A stretch of 64,000 nucleotides of DNA from an uncultured Gemmatimonas sp. (GTDB lineage Bacteria; Gemmatimonadota; Gemmatimonadetes; Gemmatimonadales; Gemmatimonadaceae), in NCBI GenBank assembly GCA_964556915.1, contig CAZKYG010000100.1, forward strand, positions 22,566 through 86,565. Reading direction: 5' to 3'. Within the stretch, counting starts at the first letter, position 1, and each line of letters opens with the position of its first letter. Made by a program: the position numbers and the translations under genes. Positions 54,412 through 63,573 of the stretch are shown here, piece by piece. The notes beneath the pieces were generated by a model. That model saw nothing but the letters and a program-made list of their open reading frames with translations. It ran no database searches and was not told where the DNA came from.

Positions 54412-54780
54412 GTGGTGGCATTGGAAGTTCAAATATTTGGAACGGCGAAGAACCAGGATACGCGAAAGGCCCTTCGCTTCTTCAGCGAGCGGCGAATCAA
54501 GACGCACTTCGTCGACTTGAAAGAACGCGCCGCGAGTCGAGGCGAGCTCACGCGATTCGCACAGAAGTTCGGCATCAGCGCCCTCATTGACCGCGACTCG
54601 ACTCGCTACCGGGATCTCGGTCTTGGGGTGGTCCGGTATGATGACGAACGCTGGCTGCAATTGCTCTGCGATGAGCCGCTCGTGCTGTACCAGCCACTCG
54701 TTCGCTACACGAACCGACTGACGGTCGGCCATGCCGAGGCCGAATGGAAGGCGTGGATCGCAGGAGAGAAGGCGCGATGA
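54412..54780 (+). CDS. ArsC/Spx-family (glutaredoxin-fold) protein lacking the N-terminal cysteines
   Basis: ..LEVQIFGTAKNQDTRKALRFFSERRIKTHFVDL.. aligns with the YffB/ArsC N-terminus (..IYGIKNCDTCKKA..). The start is uncertain (GTG 54412 or 54415, or TTG 54421). The ORF track start at 54325 is unlikely. Confidence 0.65.
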   Translation: MVALEVQIFGTAKNQDTRKALRFFSERRIKTHFVDLKERAASRGELTRFAQKFGISALIDRDSTRYRDLGLGVVRYDDERWLQLLCDEPLVLYQPLVRYTNRLTVGHAEAEWKAWIAGEKAR

Positions 54781-55757
54781 TCGTGATGTGGGGGGGATTC
54801 CTGCTGCTCGTGCTGAGCGTGCTTGCGGTCGACCTCGGTGTCTTCAACCGGCGCGACCATGTTCCCAGCGGAAGGGAGGCGGTTGCCTTCACCGCCGTAA
54901 CGATTGTTCTGGCCTTCGGCTTCGCGGTCTTCATCTACGTTGCGTACGGAGCGCACTGGCGGGGCCTGGGGCTGACGCCGGATGCGATCGGTGGTCGCCC
55001 CAACGATGGGCACACGGCGGTCGTCAAATTCCTGACGGGCTATGTCGTCGAGCTCAGCCTCTCGATGGACAACGTGTTCGTGATTGCCCTGATCTTTCGA
55101 CATCTGGGGGTTCCCGCCATCTATCAGCACCGCGTGCTGTTTTGGGGCGTGCTTGGGGCGCTGGTGATGAGGGGCGGAATGATCGCCGGAGGGGCCGCCC
55201 TGGTGTCGCGTTATCACTGGGTGATGTACGTGTTCGGCGTGTTTCTGATCGTCACGTCCTTGCGCATGCTGTTCGCCAAGGCGCACGACACGCCGGTCGA
55301 GGAGCGATGGATTGTTCGGTGGTTGAATCGTCACACGCGGGTGACGGACCGCTACCATGCGCAACACTTCCTGGTGCGGATAGACGGGAAGTCGTGGATT
55401 ACGCCGCTGGCGGTCGCGCTGATCCTCGTGGAGACGACTGACCTGCTGTTCGCCGTCGACTCGATTCCCGCGATCTTTGCGATCACGACGGATCCGTTCC
55501 TGGTCTTCACCTCAAATGTGTTTGCGATCCTGTGTCTGCGGTCGCTCTATTTCGGGCTGGCGGGCATGATCCAGCAGTTCCGGTATCTCAGCGTTTCCCT
55601 CGCGGTGATCCTGGGAATTGTCGGAGTGAAGATGCTGGTGGCCGGCCCGGTCGACCGCGTACTCGGAGATCAACAGAACGTGGTAATGTTGGCGACCGTG
55701 CTGACTGTTCTGGTGGCGGGCGCCGTCGCCAGTGCCGTGGCGGATCGGCGATCCTGA
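54777..55757 (+). CDS. TerC-family integral membrane protein
   Basis: 326 aa from the ATG at 54777 (ATGA overlap with the upstream stop). ..YVVELSLSMDNVFVIALIF.. and ..LVETTDLLFAVDSIPAIFAIT.. are the duplicated TerC motifs. Confidence 0.9.
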   Translation: MIVMWGGFLLLVLSVLAVDLGVFNRRDHVPSGREAVAFTAVTIVLAFGFAVFIYVAYGAHWRGLGLTPDAIGGRPNDGHTAVVKFLTGYVVELSLSMDNVFVIALIFRHLGVPAIYQHRVLFWGVLGALVMRGGMIAGGAALVSRYHWVMYVFGVFLIVTSLRMLFAKAHDTPVEERWIVRWLNRHTRVTDRYHAQHFLVRIDGKSWITPLAVALILVETTDLLFAVDSIPAIFAITTDPFLVFTSNVFAILCLRSLYFGLAGMIQQFRYLSVSLAVILGIVGVKMLVAGPVDRVLGDQQNVVMLATVLTVLVAGAVASAVADRRS

Positions 55758-55764
55758 CCCGTTC

Positions 55765-58383
55765 TCAGGGAACGACTGCGGCGCGGATCCTCACGGTTCG
55801 ATCGAGCTCGTCGCACGCCTGAAGGACTTTCTGACGGAGATCAGCCGGAAGGTCCGGATGCGCCGCCAGCCAGTCATGCACCAGGGCTGCGGCTTCAGCC
55901 GAGCGCTGCCCAGACAAGAACGCCCCGAGCCAGGAGCCGAGATAGAATATCCGGCGGTTTTGCTGGATGAACGCAAGCGAATCGAGGGCGGGTCGCAAGA
56001 AGCGAAGCGTCAGGCCATCGTGCTCGATGGCGTTGAACTCTCCCAGCGATGCCGTCGCCCAGTCCTCGTTGAGGGATGAGTCGGCGAAGTACCGCGTGAA
56101 GTAGCTTGCCTTGACCTCGGCTGATTGGCGCGCGGCACCTGCCGTGAAGGCACGACGACGGCCGTCGGCCGTTGTGTCGCGAGCCGTTTGTGCCGCGAGC
56201 ATTGCATCGGCCCTCGGGTCCCCAAGGACCAGGAACCGGGAGACAATGCTCCAGCGAGTCGGGTCTCGAAGTGGTTCGCCAACAACCGAGTCCGCCGTCA
56301 GCATGTGCACCAGGCGATCGCGCGCCTCCGGCGACGCTGCAATGGCGATGTACGCGTCCAGCATTCCCCGGCGCACACCGAACGACCGCGCAGAATCGCT
56401 GAGGACACTCCACAGCATGCCTTCGGCATCGGTACGCAGGACCTCGGACTGGGCGTCGGCAACATAGGCGCGAATCGCCCGCTCAAGGCGACTGGTCAGT
56501 GTTGGCACGATCTGCTCGTCGGACTCGCGCGGCAACTCGCGAATCACCAGCCGTACGAACCTGGCGGGCGGCAGGCGCGCGTCACGGACCTGATCCCAGA
56601 GTGCGCCCCATAACATCGATCTCAGGAACGGGTCCCGGACGTCGTGCAGTGCACCATTTTCGAGGGCACGAACACTCGACGTGTCGAGGAGCGAGAGGAA
56701 GTACCCATAGTCACCGGCATTCGGGAACACGAAAAGCGGCGCCGGCTTACCGCGTGCGGCAACCACTTCGGTCGTTCCCGCGCGTAGCTCAACGTCGATG
56801 CGCTCGGCAGCAGCATCAGGATAGGCGAGCAGCACCCGCGCCCGCATGGGCCAGGGACCGGTGCCCGAAACCGTCGCCTGGGCCGGGTGCTGGATGAGCG
56901 TCAGGCGGGTGATGCGCCCTCCGCTGGTCTCAAGCACTGGCCGGACGATGGGCATGCCCGGACGCAGCATGAAGTTCCGACCAAACGCGTCGAGCGATCT
57001 TCCCGAAGCGCTGCTGATGGCTGCAAGCAAGTCCTGCCACGTTGCGTTGCCGTACGCATGCGTCGTGAGAAAGGAGCGCAGGCCCCGCTGAAAAGCCCCA
57101 TCCCCAACCAGGTAGTTCAGCTGCTTGAGCACTCCGGGTGCCTTGTTGTAAACGATCGCACCATAGGCGCTTTTCGCCTGATCGAGATTGTCCAGTTTCT
57201 GCCAGAGCGGGGTCGTGCCCAACGTCTGATCGACACTGTAAGCCGCCGGCTTGTTGGACTGATAGAACGACTTCCACGAATCGGCGGTGGGCTCGAGTTC
57301 CGCAAGAGCCTTGGCCCCCATGTACGTGGCGAACCCTTCCTTCAACCAGAGGTCGTCGAACCATCGCATCGTGACCAGGTCGCCGAACCACTGGTGCGCC
57401 GTTTCGTGCAGGATGGTTGAGAATCTGCCGATGCGTCGCGCCAGCGTCGGGCGGTCGCGGAAGACGAACCGATCCTCGTTGTACATGACGAGGCCGGGAT
57501 GTTCCATGCCGCCAAACGGAAACGCCGGCGACAACAGCACGTCGAACTTCTCGAACGGATAGGGCCGACCGAAGTAGCCTTCCATCCACCGGAGGGCTCG
57601 GTGCGACAGCGCGAGAATCGTGTCCGCGTCGACTTCGCTTGCACGCGACTTCCGGGCATACAGGTGGATGGTCCGCCCGTCAACCACGCTCGAGAATGTC
57701 GTCCACGGGCCCGCTGCGAATGCTACGAGATAGGTGCTGAGAGGGCGCGTCTCGGCAAAGTGCGTCATCACGACACCAGCGGCCGTGTCTGCTCGAGTGA
57801 CCGACCCGTTGGCCACCGCCGTCCATCCGCGCGGCGCCCGCAGGGCGAGGGTGACCCGCGCCTTCAGGTCGGGCTGATCGAAACATGGAAAAAGCTGGTT
57901 GGCGTCGGCCGGAACCAGGAGCGTGTAGAGGTAGTCACTGCCGTCCACCGCGTCCTGTGCGCGGATCACGCTGGCGCCGCTGGGCGCGATCTCACTCACG
58001 AACGCGGCATGTACGGTGTTGGTGCCGGTGCGCAGGTCCGCGGACGGCAACCGGATGTGGTTGCCGTTGAACGCTGTCGGCGCCACCACGTGGCCGTTGA
58101 CCTGCACGGAGACAAGACGGCGACCGCGGAAGTCGACGAGGACGTCGCGATCGCCGGATCGCACGAACCGGATGACCACCGAACCGACCGCACTGTCGCG
58201 CGCCGTAATGTCGAGCGTCAGGTCGTAGCGTACGTCACGGATGTCCTTCGCACGTGCCCGCGCGAGCTCGATGCCGACGCCGTGCGCCTCGAGCGGCCGC
58301 ACCGCAGGCCGCTGGGCCGCTGCCGGACCGAGTGCGAGTGCCGCCGCAGCGACGGAACCGATGCCACCCACCGGAAACTTCAC
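55765..58383 (-). CDS. M1-family aminopeptidase (aminopeptidase N-like), secreted
   Basis: 872 aa with the GAMEN-like FGGMEHPG and the zinc motif HETAHQWFGDLVTMRWFDDLWLKEGFA. Signal-like N-terminus. Confidence 0.9.
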   Translation of the reverse strand: MKFPVGGIGSVAAAALALGPAAAQRPAVRPLEAHGVGIELARARAKDIRDVRYDLTLDITARDSAVGSVVIRFVRSGDRDVLVDFRGRRLVSVQVNGHVVAPTAFNGNHIRLPSADLRTGTNTVHAAFVSEIAPSGASVIRAQDAVDGSDYLYTLLVPADANQLFPCFDQPDLKARVTLALRAPRGWTAVANGSVTRADTAAGVVMTHFAETRPLSTYLVAFAAGPWTTFSSVVDGRTIHLYARKSRASEVDADTILALSHRALRWMEGYFGRPYPFEKFDVLLSPAFPFGGMEHPGLVMYNEDRFVFRDRPTLARRIGRFSTILHETAHQWFGDLVTMRWFDDLWLKEGFATYMGAKALAELEPTADSWKSFYQSNKPAAYSVDQTLGTTPLWQKLDNLDQAKSAYGAIVYNKAPGVLKQLNYLVGDGAFQRGLRSFLTTHAYGNATWQDLLAAISSASGRSLDAFGRNFMLRPGMPIVRPVLETSGGRITRLTLIQHPAQATVSGTGPWPMRARVLLAYPDAAAERIDVELRAGTTEVVAARGKPAPLFVFPNAGDYGYFLSLLDTSSVRALENGALHDVRDPFLRSMLWGALWDQVRDARLPPARFVRLVIRELPRESDEQIVPTLTSRLERAIRAYVADAQSEVLRTDAEGMLWSVLSDSARSFGVRRGMLDAYIAIAASPEARDRLVHMLTADSVVGEPLRDPTRWSIVSRFLVLGDPRADAMLAAQTARDTTADGRRRAFTAGAARQSAEVKASYFTRYFADSSLNEDWATASLGEFNAIEHDGLTLRFLRPALDSLAFIQQNRRIFYLGSWLGAFLSGQRSAEAAALVHDWLAAHPDLPADLRQKVLQACDELDRTVRIRAAVVP

Positions 58384-58413
58384 GCCGACGCACTCCGCTC
58401 CGTGTCCGAGCGT

Positions 58414-59379
58414 TCAGAATTCGCCAACAAACCCGATCTCCGGTTCGAGTGACTGGCCCAGGCGCTCGTGGACCCGTTCCTGGATTGTCGTGATGAGCGC
58501 GCGTACGTCAGCCGCCGTCGCATCGCCGCGGTTGACAATGATGTTGGCGTGCATGAAGGAGACCTGTGCGCCGCCAATGCGGAACCCCTTGAGCCCACAT
58601 TCGTCGATCAGCCGGCCGGCTCCGACGCCCGCGATCTTCTTGAAAATCGAGCCGGCGCTTGGATGCAATTCCAGCCACGGGTGACGCGCACCACGCCAGC
58701 TGAGGTTTTCCTGCGCGACTCGCTCGATGGCGTCTCGCTGTCCGTGCGCGAGGTCGAACGTCGCGCTCAGCGCAACCTCGCCGCTTCCGTGCAGCCGGCT
58801 GGTGTCGTAGTCGAATCGCATCTCGCCGCCATCGACCTGGCACCGACGTCCGTCCGGAAGGAGGAGATCGACCGATCGCACCACTTCGGCGATAAACACG
58901 GTGCGCGACCGGTCCGGCGCAGGGGACAGGAAGTGCAGGTTCTGCCAGAGCGCACCACCCACCGTGCTCGGAATCCCGACGTAGTGCTCGAGGCCCGAGA
59001 GCTCACGGACGCTGCACTCGCGAATCAGGTCCCGGATGATCACGCCCGAGTCAGCAGTCACCTGCGTGTCCGCAAACGACATCCGTCCTTGCGCATTCCG
59101 GATGACGAGTCCGCGGACGCCGCGGTCGCCAATCAGAATGTTCGCGCCGAGACCGAGCACGATCCAGGGGATGCGAGCACCCCTGGCGGCGTCGATGGCG
59201 TTTGCGAGATCGTTGCCCGACGTGGCATCGTACATGAGATCGGCGGGGCCGCCGATCTTGAATGTCGTGAAGGGCGCGAGCGGCACCCCCGTCTGCATCC
59301 GCCGTCGATCCAATCCGTCCGGCAGTGCCGCGAGCAGCTTTTCACCCGCGCGCCGCGCGGCCGCAACCTCAGGGGTCAT
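58414..59379 (-). CDS. murB: UDP-N-acetylmuramate dehydrogenase
   Basis: From the ATG at 59379: ..LAPFTTFKIGGPADLM..., GLGANILIGD, and C-terminal GGAQVSFMHANIIVN. Confidence 0.9.
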   Translation of the reverse strand: MTPEVAAARRAGEKLLAALPDGLDRRRMQTGVPLAPFTTFKIGGPADLMYDATSGNDLANAIDAARGARIPWIVLGLGANILIGDRGVRGLVIRNAQGRMSFADTQVTADSGVIIRDLIRECSVRELSGLEHYVGIPSTVGGALWQNLHFLSPAPDRSRTVFIAEVVRSVDLLLPDGRRCQVDGGEMRFDYDTSRLHGSGEVALSATFDLAHGQRDAIERVAQENLSWRGARHPWLELHPSAGSIFKKIAGVGAGRLIDECGLKGFRIGGAQVSFMHANIIVNRGDATAADVRALITTIQERVHERLGQSLEPEIGFVGEF

Positions 59380-59407
59380 GATGCTGTTAATCAACAGGCG
59401 GTCGCAA

Positions 59408-60838
59408 ATGGCCGCCAGCGCTGTACGCCACATCACGTGCCTCGGCCGGGCGGTCCGCCTGGCGGCTGCCGTAGCGACCGCGATGATGGCCGCCGCGTGC
59501 GTCACGCCCGCGATCGCGCAGCGCGCGCAGCTTGAGCAGATCGTCCAACGGCGGGTGCTGCCGAACGGCCTCGAGGTCATCGTGATAGAGAATCACGGGG
59601 TTCCCCTCGTGACGGTGGAGGTCACGGTCCGCAACGGTGCCTTCACGCAGACGCCGGAGTACGCGGGGCTCGCCCACTTGTACGAGCACATGTTCTTCAA
59701 GGCAAACGCCACCTACCCGGAACCGGACGAGTACATTGACGAAATGTCGCGGCTCGGCGCGGTGTTCAACGCGTCCACGCGCGAGGAGCAGGTCAACTAC
59801 TACCTGACCCTGTCGGCGGACTCGCTGGCTGCCGGCCTGCGCATGCTGGTCACCGGCTTCATCGCGCCGGCGTTTCGTGCCGACGAACTCGCCCGCGAAC
59901 GTCAGGTGGTGATCGGCGAGTACGACCGCAACGAGTCGAGTCCGTTCTTCCGTCTCGAGCAGGAAACGGGAAAGCTGCTCTGGGATTCCCAGTGGAGCCG
60001 CAAGAACGTCATCGGTGACCGTGATGTCATCCTCGGGACCACGCCCGAGAAGATGCGCACGATCCAGCAGCTCTATTATGTGCCGAACAATTCGGTGCTC
60101 ATCATTTCCGGCGACGTGAACCCCGCCGAGGCGTTTCCCCTGGCAGAAAAGATCTTCGGACCGTGGAGTCGCGGAGAGGATCCGTTCGCGAAGGCGCCAA
60201 TCCCCGCGATGCCACGGCTCACGGGCACGAAAGCCGTCGTCCTCGAGGAGGATGTCAACGCGGTAACCGTAATCGTCCAGTGGGACGGGCCAAGCGTGCG
60301 CGCCGATGAAGCGTCAACGTTCGCGGCCGATGTGTACTCGGATGTGCTCAACAATCCGCAGTCACGCTTTCAGCGACGGCTGGTCGACAGTGGATTGTGG
60401 CAGGCCGTCGGCGTCAACTACTACACACTCAACAACGTGGGCCCGATCAGCGTGAGTGGCCAGACCACTCCGGAGCGCCTCCGCGACGCGATCCGGGCGA
60501 TGTACGCGGAACTGAGCGCGTCTGTCCAACCCGGCTACTTCTCCGACGAGGAGCTGGCCGCCACCAAGGCAAATCGGGCGGTGACCACCGAGTTTGGCAT
60601 GGAGCGCAGTTCAGAGTTCTCGCATACGATTGGCTTCTGGTGGAGCGTCTCAGGGCTCGACTACTACATGAAATACGTCGACGAAATGGCCAAGCGCACA
60701 GCGGACGACCTGCGGGCGTATGCCCGGAAGTACATCATCGGCAGGCCCTCCGTGATCGGGGTTCTCATCTCGCCCGACGACCGGCGCCGGATCGGCCTGT
60801 CCGAACGCGAGCTCATCCTGCTGGGGGCGCCTCGATGA
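59408..60838 (+). CDS. M16-family (pitrilysin/insulinase) zinc peptidase, active-type subunit
   Basis: From the ATG at 59408 (an alternative is 59378): signal peptide, then the inverted zinc motif HLYEH (HxxEH) within GLAHLYEHMFFKAN. Confidence 0.85.
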   Translation: MAASAVRHITCLGRAVRLAAAVATAMMAAACVTPAIAQRAQLEQIVQRRVLPNGLEVIVIENHGVPLVTVEVTVRNGAFTQTPEYAGLAHLYEHMFFKANATYPEPDEYIDEMSRLGAVFNASTREEQVNYYLTLSADSLAAGLRMLVTGFIAPAFRADELARERQVVIGEYDRNESSPFFRLEQETGKLLWDSQWSRKNVIGDRDVILGTTPEKMRTIQQLYYVPNNSVLIISGDVNPAEAFPLAEKIFGPWSRGEDPFAKAPIPAMPRLTGTKAVVLEEDVNAVTVIVQWDGPSVRADEASTFAADVYSDVLNNPQSRFQRRLVDSGLWQAVGVNYYTLNNVGPISVSGQTTPERLRDAIRAMYAELSASVQPGYFSDEELAATKANRAVTTEFGMERSSEFSHTIGFWWSVSGLDYYMKYVDEMAKRTADDLRAYARKYIIGRPSVIGVLISPDDRRRIGLSERELILLGAPR

Positions 60839-62154
60839 TTCTGGCGACGCTCGCCGTCCTTGCCGCCGCCCGCGGCGCATCACCAGTCCCTCCGCACGTT
60901 CCCGTGTCGACGCGCCCCGCCGACACGCTCACGACGACCTACACCGTCGGTGGCGTGCGCATCATTCATCGTCGTACCAACCTCAGCACGGTGGTCATGA
61001 ACGTGTACCTGCTGGGCGGCGTGCGCAGCGCACCGGCGGGCAAGGACGGCATCGAGAACTTCCTCCTCCAGGTGAGTGAACGCGGCACCGAGAAATATCC
61101 GCGCGACATGCTTCGGCGCGCCGTCGCCAGGACGGGCGCCGAGATGGTGGTCGAACCGCACGAGGACTGGACCATGATCGGAGTGCGCACGACGCCGGAC
61201 GCCCTCGATTCGTCGTGGTCCATTCTCGCGGATCGGGTGGCGCATCCACGCCTCGACTCCGTCGACGTCGAGTTCGTTCGGGAGCAGATGCTCGCAGGCG
61301 TCCGCCAGCGGCAGGACAGTCCCGACGCATTGCTCGATTACCTCGCCGACAGCGTGACATATGCGGGCAGCCCTTACGCCGCATCGCCCGTGGGAACGGA
61401 GAGTTCCCTTGCGGGAATCACGCGCGCCGACCTCGTCCGTTTTCACCGCGAGCAATTCACGAAGTCGAGAATGCTGCTGGTGGTCGTCGGAAACGTCACG
61501 CGCGCCTCGGTCGAACGTCTTGTCGGTCGCACGATCGCGACGTTGCCGTCTGGCGCATACCAATGGACGCTTCCCGACACCGCAGGGTCCGCGACCAGTG
61601 ATGCCGTCCTCATTCGCCGGACGCTGCCGACGAATTACCTGCAAGGGTATTTCAGCGGACCTCCGGCGAACAGCCCTGATGCACCAGCGCTCCGTGTCGC
61701 CGCCGCCGTTCTCTCCGGCCGGCTCTTCGCAGAAGTTCGCTCGAAGCGGAACCTGACGTATGCGGTCAGCGCGAACTACCGGGATCGCGGCCTCACGTCG
61801 GTGGGTTTGTACGTCACGACGACGCTTCCCGATTCCGTGCTGACGCTCATGACGCGAGAAATTCGGGCACTGCAGACGTTCGAAATCGAGACAGACCTAC
61901 TGGCGCCCATCATCCGCCAGTTCATCACCGAATACTTCCTCGACAATGAAACCTCGACGGCGCAGGCCGACTTTCTCGCGCGAGCCATGCTGTACCACGG
62001 CAATGCATTCGCCGGAGATCACTTCGTCGCCGACCTGCGCGCGGTAACCGGGGCGGACGTCAGGCGCGTGGCGCAGCTCTACTTCACGGGAGCCCACTGG
62101 GCGTATATCGGGGATCCCACGCGAGTGACCCCGGAGCGACTGACGAGGTTCTAG
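60835..62154 (+). CDS. M16-family peptidase, non-catalytic-type subunit
   Basis: 439 aa from the ATG at 60835 (ATGA overlap). The position equivalent to HxxEH reads NFLLQ, so no zinc ligands are present. Confidence 0.8.
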   Translation: MILATLAVLAAARGASPVPPHVPVSTRPADTLTTTYTVGGVRIIHRRTNLSTVVMNVYLLGGVRSAPAGKDGIENFLLQVSERGTEKYPRDMLRRAVARTGAEMVVEPHEDWTMIGVRTTPDALDSSWSILADRVAHPRLDSVDVEFVREQMLAGVRQRQDSPDALLDYLADSVTYAGSPYAASPVGTESSLAGITRADLVRFHREQFTKSRMLLVVVGNVTRASVERLVGRTIATLPSGAYQWTLPDTAGSATSDAVLIRRTLPTNYLQGYFSGPPANSPDAPALRVAAAVLSGRLFAEVRSKRNLTYAVSANYRDRGLTSVGLYVTTTLPDSVLTLMTREIRALQTFEIETDLLAPIIRQFITEYFLDNETSTAQADFLARAMLYHGNAFAGDHFVADLRAVTGADVRRVAQLYFTGAHWAYIGDPTRVTPERLTRF

Positions 62155-62222
62155 CTCGGGGACGTGGCAACGCAGGGCTCGGGGGCGGCTACCGCGATCA
62201 CAGGTTTGCTTTCCGTCCCGAT

Positions 62223-62238
62223 TGTGAATAATTTCACA
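62223..62238. promoter_or_regulatory. CRP/FNR-family-type palindrome TGTGA-N6-TCACA
   Basis: TGTGAATAATTTCACA read directly from the sequence. Its centre lies ~75 bp upstream of the cupredoxin ATG. Confidence 0.4.
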
Positions 62239-62305
62239 TTCCCTTCGTCCCGGGGATTGGGGACGTGAAACCCAACCAAAAGCGTCATCGACAGGAGTCG
62301 GAATA

Positions 62306-62821
62306 ATGCGGTTTACGCGGTATGCGGTTCTGGCAGCGAGCGCCATGACGATCGCTGCGTGCGGTGGCGGTGGAGAGAGCAAGCCTGAGGCGGCGTCCAC
62401 GCCGGCCACGCCAGCGGCCACGCCTGCCGCGGCCCCGGCCGGCGCGACGGCTGCGGGGACGCCAGCTCCGATCACCGGCAAGACGATCGAGATCAAGATG
62501 ATCGGCGACGCGAAGGGCTATCGGTTCGAGCCGAATACCGTCACCGCCAAGGCAGGCGACGCGCTCAAGTTCATCGTGGACGGCCCGGGCGGCCCGCACA
62601 ACGTCGCGTTCGATCCGACCAAGATCCCTGCGGGTTCCCAGACCCAGCTCGACGCCAACTTCGGGTCGGACAAGATGGCCACCATGTCGAGCGGCCTGAA
62701 GACGGCGCCTGGCGAGACGTTCCTCCTGTCGCTCGGCGGGCTGCCGGCCGGCAAGTACGAGTTCAACTGCACGCCGCACCTTGCGATGGGCATGAAGGGT
62801 ACGCTCACGATCGAGCCGTAA
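62306..62821 (+). CDS. plastocyanin/azurin-family blue copper protein (lipoprotein)
   Basis: 171 aa. AGGAG lies 8 nt upstream of the ATG. Lipobox IAAC, a Pro/Ala/Thr linker, and type-1 Cu ligands (PHNV ... CTPHLAMGM). Confidence 0.85.
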   Translation: MRFTRYAVLAASAMTIAACGGGGESKPEAASTPATPAATPAAAPAGATAAGTPAPITGKTIEIKMIGDAKGYRFEPNTVTAKAGDALKFIVDGPGGPHNVAFDPTKIPAGSQTQLDANFGSDKMATMSSGLKTAPGETFLLSLGGLPAGKYEFNCTPHLAMGMKGTLTIEP

Positions 62822-62848
62822 GCGGACTCCGCTCAGCCAGCGAGCACG

Positions 62849-62885
62849 CGCGGGCGCCCGTTCTCGGGCGCCCGCGTTGCATTTC
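62849..62885 (+). terminator. candidate intrinsic terminator after the cupredoxin gene
   Basis: 12-bp GC stem CGCGGGCGCCCG / CGGGCGCCCGCG (62849-62860 and 62865-62876) with loop TTCT, followed by TTGCATTTCG. Confidence 0.55.
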
Positions 62886-62948
62886 GAGCCCATGTCGGTG
62901 CGAACGCTCCGCCGATAACTTTGCCTACTCAACGCTCGGCAGGATGGC

Positions 62949-63557
62949 GTGAACGGGTACTCCGATCGGATCAACCACGCGCTGGCGTTTGCCGCGAAGC
63001 ACCACGACCAGCAAGTGCGCAAGGGCGCGCGCCCGCCGTACCTCACGCGTGCCGCGAACGTCGCCGTCATCCTGACCCGCTACGACTGCAGCGAAACGTG
63101 CGTGGTCGCAGGAATCCTGCACGATGCCGTCGAGGATTCGGCACAGTCAGGGTGGACACATGCCATGCTGAGTGCGAGAATCGGCGAGAAATTCGGCGAG
63201 CATGCGCTTGCCTCGGCGCTTGCCGTCTCGCGTCGGCGGGCTGACGACAACGGCAACGAACTCGATCGCGCGGAGCGCGGCACCGACCTGCTGGCGCGCC
63301 TTCCCGAGGCGGACGAGGCCGCCCGGTGGGTTCTGGCCGCGAACCACGTTCATTCGGGAAATGCTCTGCTCGCCGACCTTCGGCGAACCATGGACGCGGA
63401 CTCAGTCTGGCAACGATTCGCCGGCGGACGCTCGACGACGCTTGCCTGGCATCGGGAGGTTCATGCGGCGCTTGAGCGGTGTCACTTCGCGGCGCCAATC
63501 ATGGTCGAACTGCGGACGACGCTGCAGGAGCTCGAAGCCACGCCGGCGTCGGGCTGA
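62949..63557 (+). CDS. HD-domain protein, SpoT/RelA-hydrolase-like (small alarmone hydrolase candidate)
   Basis: 202 aa with a GTG start. ..ALAFAAKHHDQQVRKGARPPYLTRAANVAVIL...VVAGILHDAVEDS matches the (p)ppGpp hydrolase HD pattern. Confidence 0.75.
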   Translation: MNGYSDRINHALAFAAKHHDQQVRKGARPPYLTRAANVAVILTRYDCSETCVVAGILHDAVEDSAQSGWTHAMLSARIGEKFGEHALASALAVSRRRADDNGNELDRAERGTDLLARLPEADEAARWVLAANHVHSGNALLADLRRTMDADSVWQRFAGGRSTTLAWHREVHAALERCHFAAPIMVELRTTLQELEATPASG

Positions 63558-63573
63558 GGCGCCCGCGCGCCGG

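Noticed and set aside
54300-54420. Possible yybP-ykoY (Mn) riboswitch ahead of the ArsC-like/TerC pair
   Set aside because: GGUGAGUC and CAGGCGAGACC loosely recall the two conserved loops. They are only ~10 nt apart rather than separated by the four-helix architecture, so there is no convincing fold.
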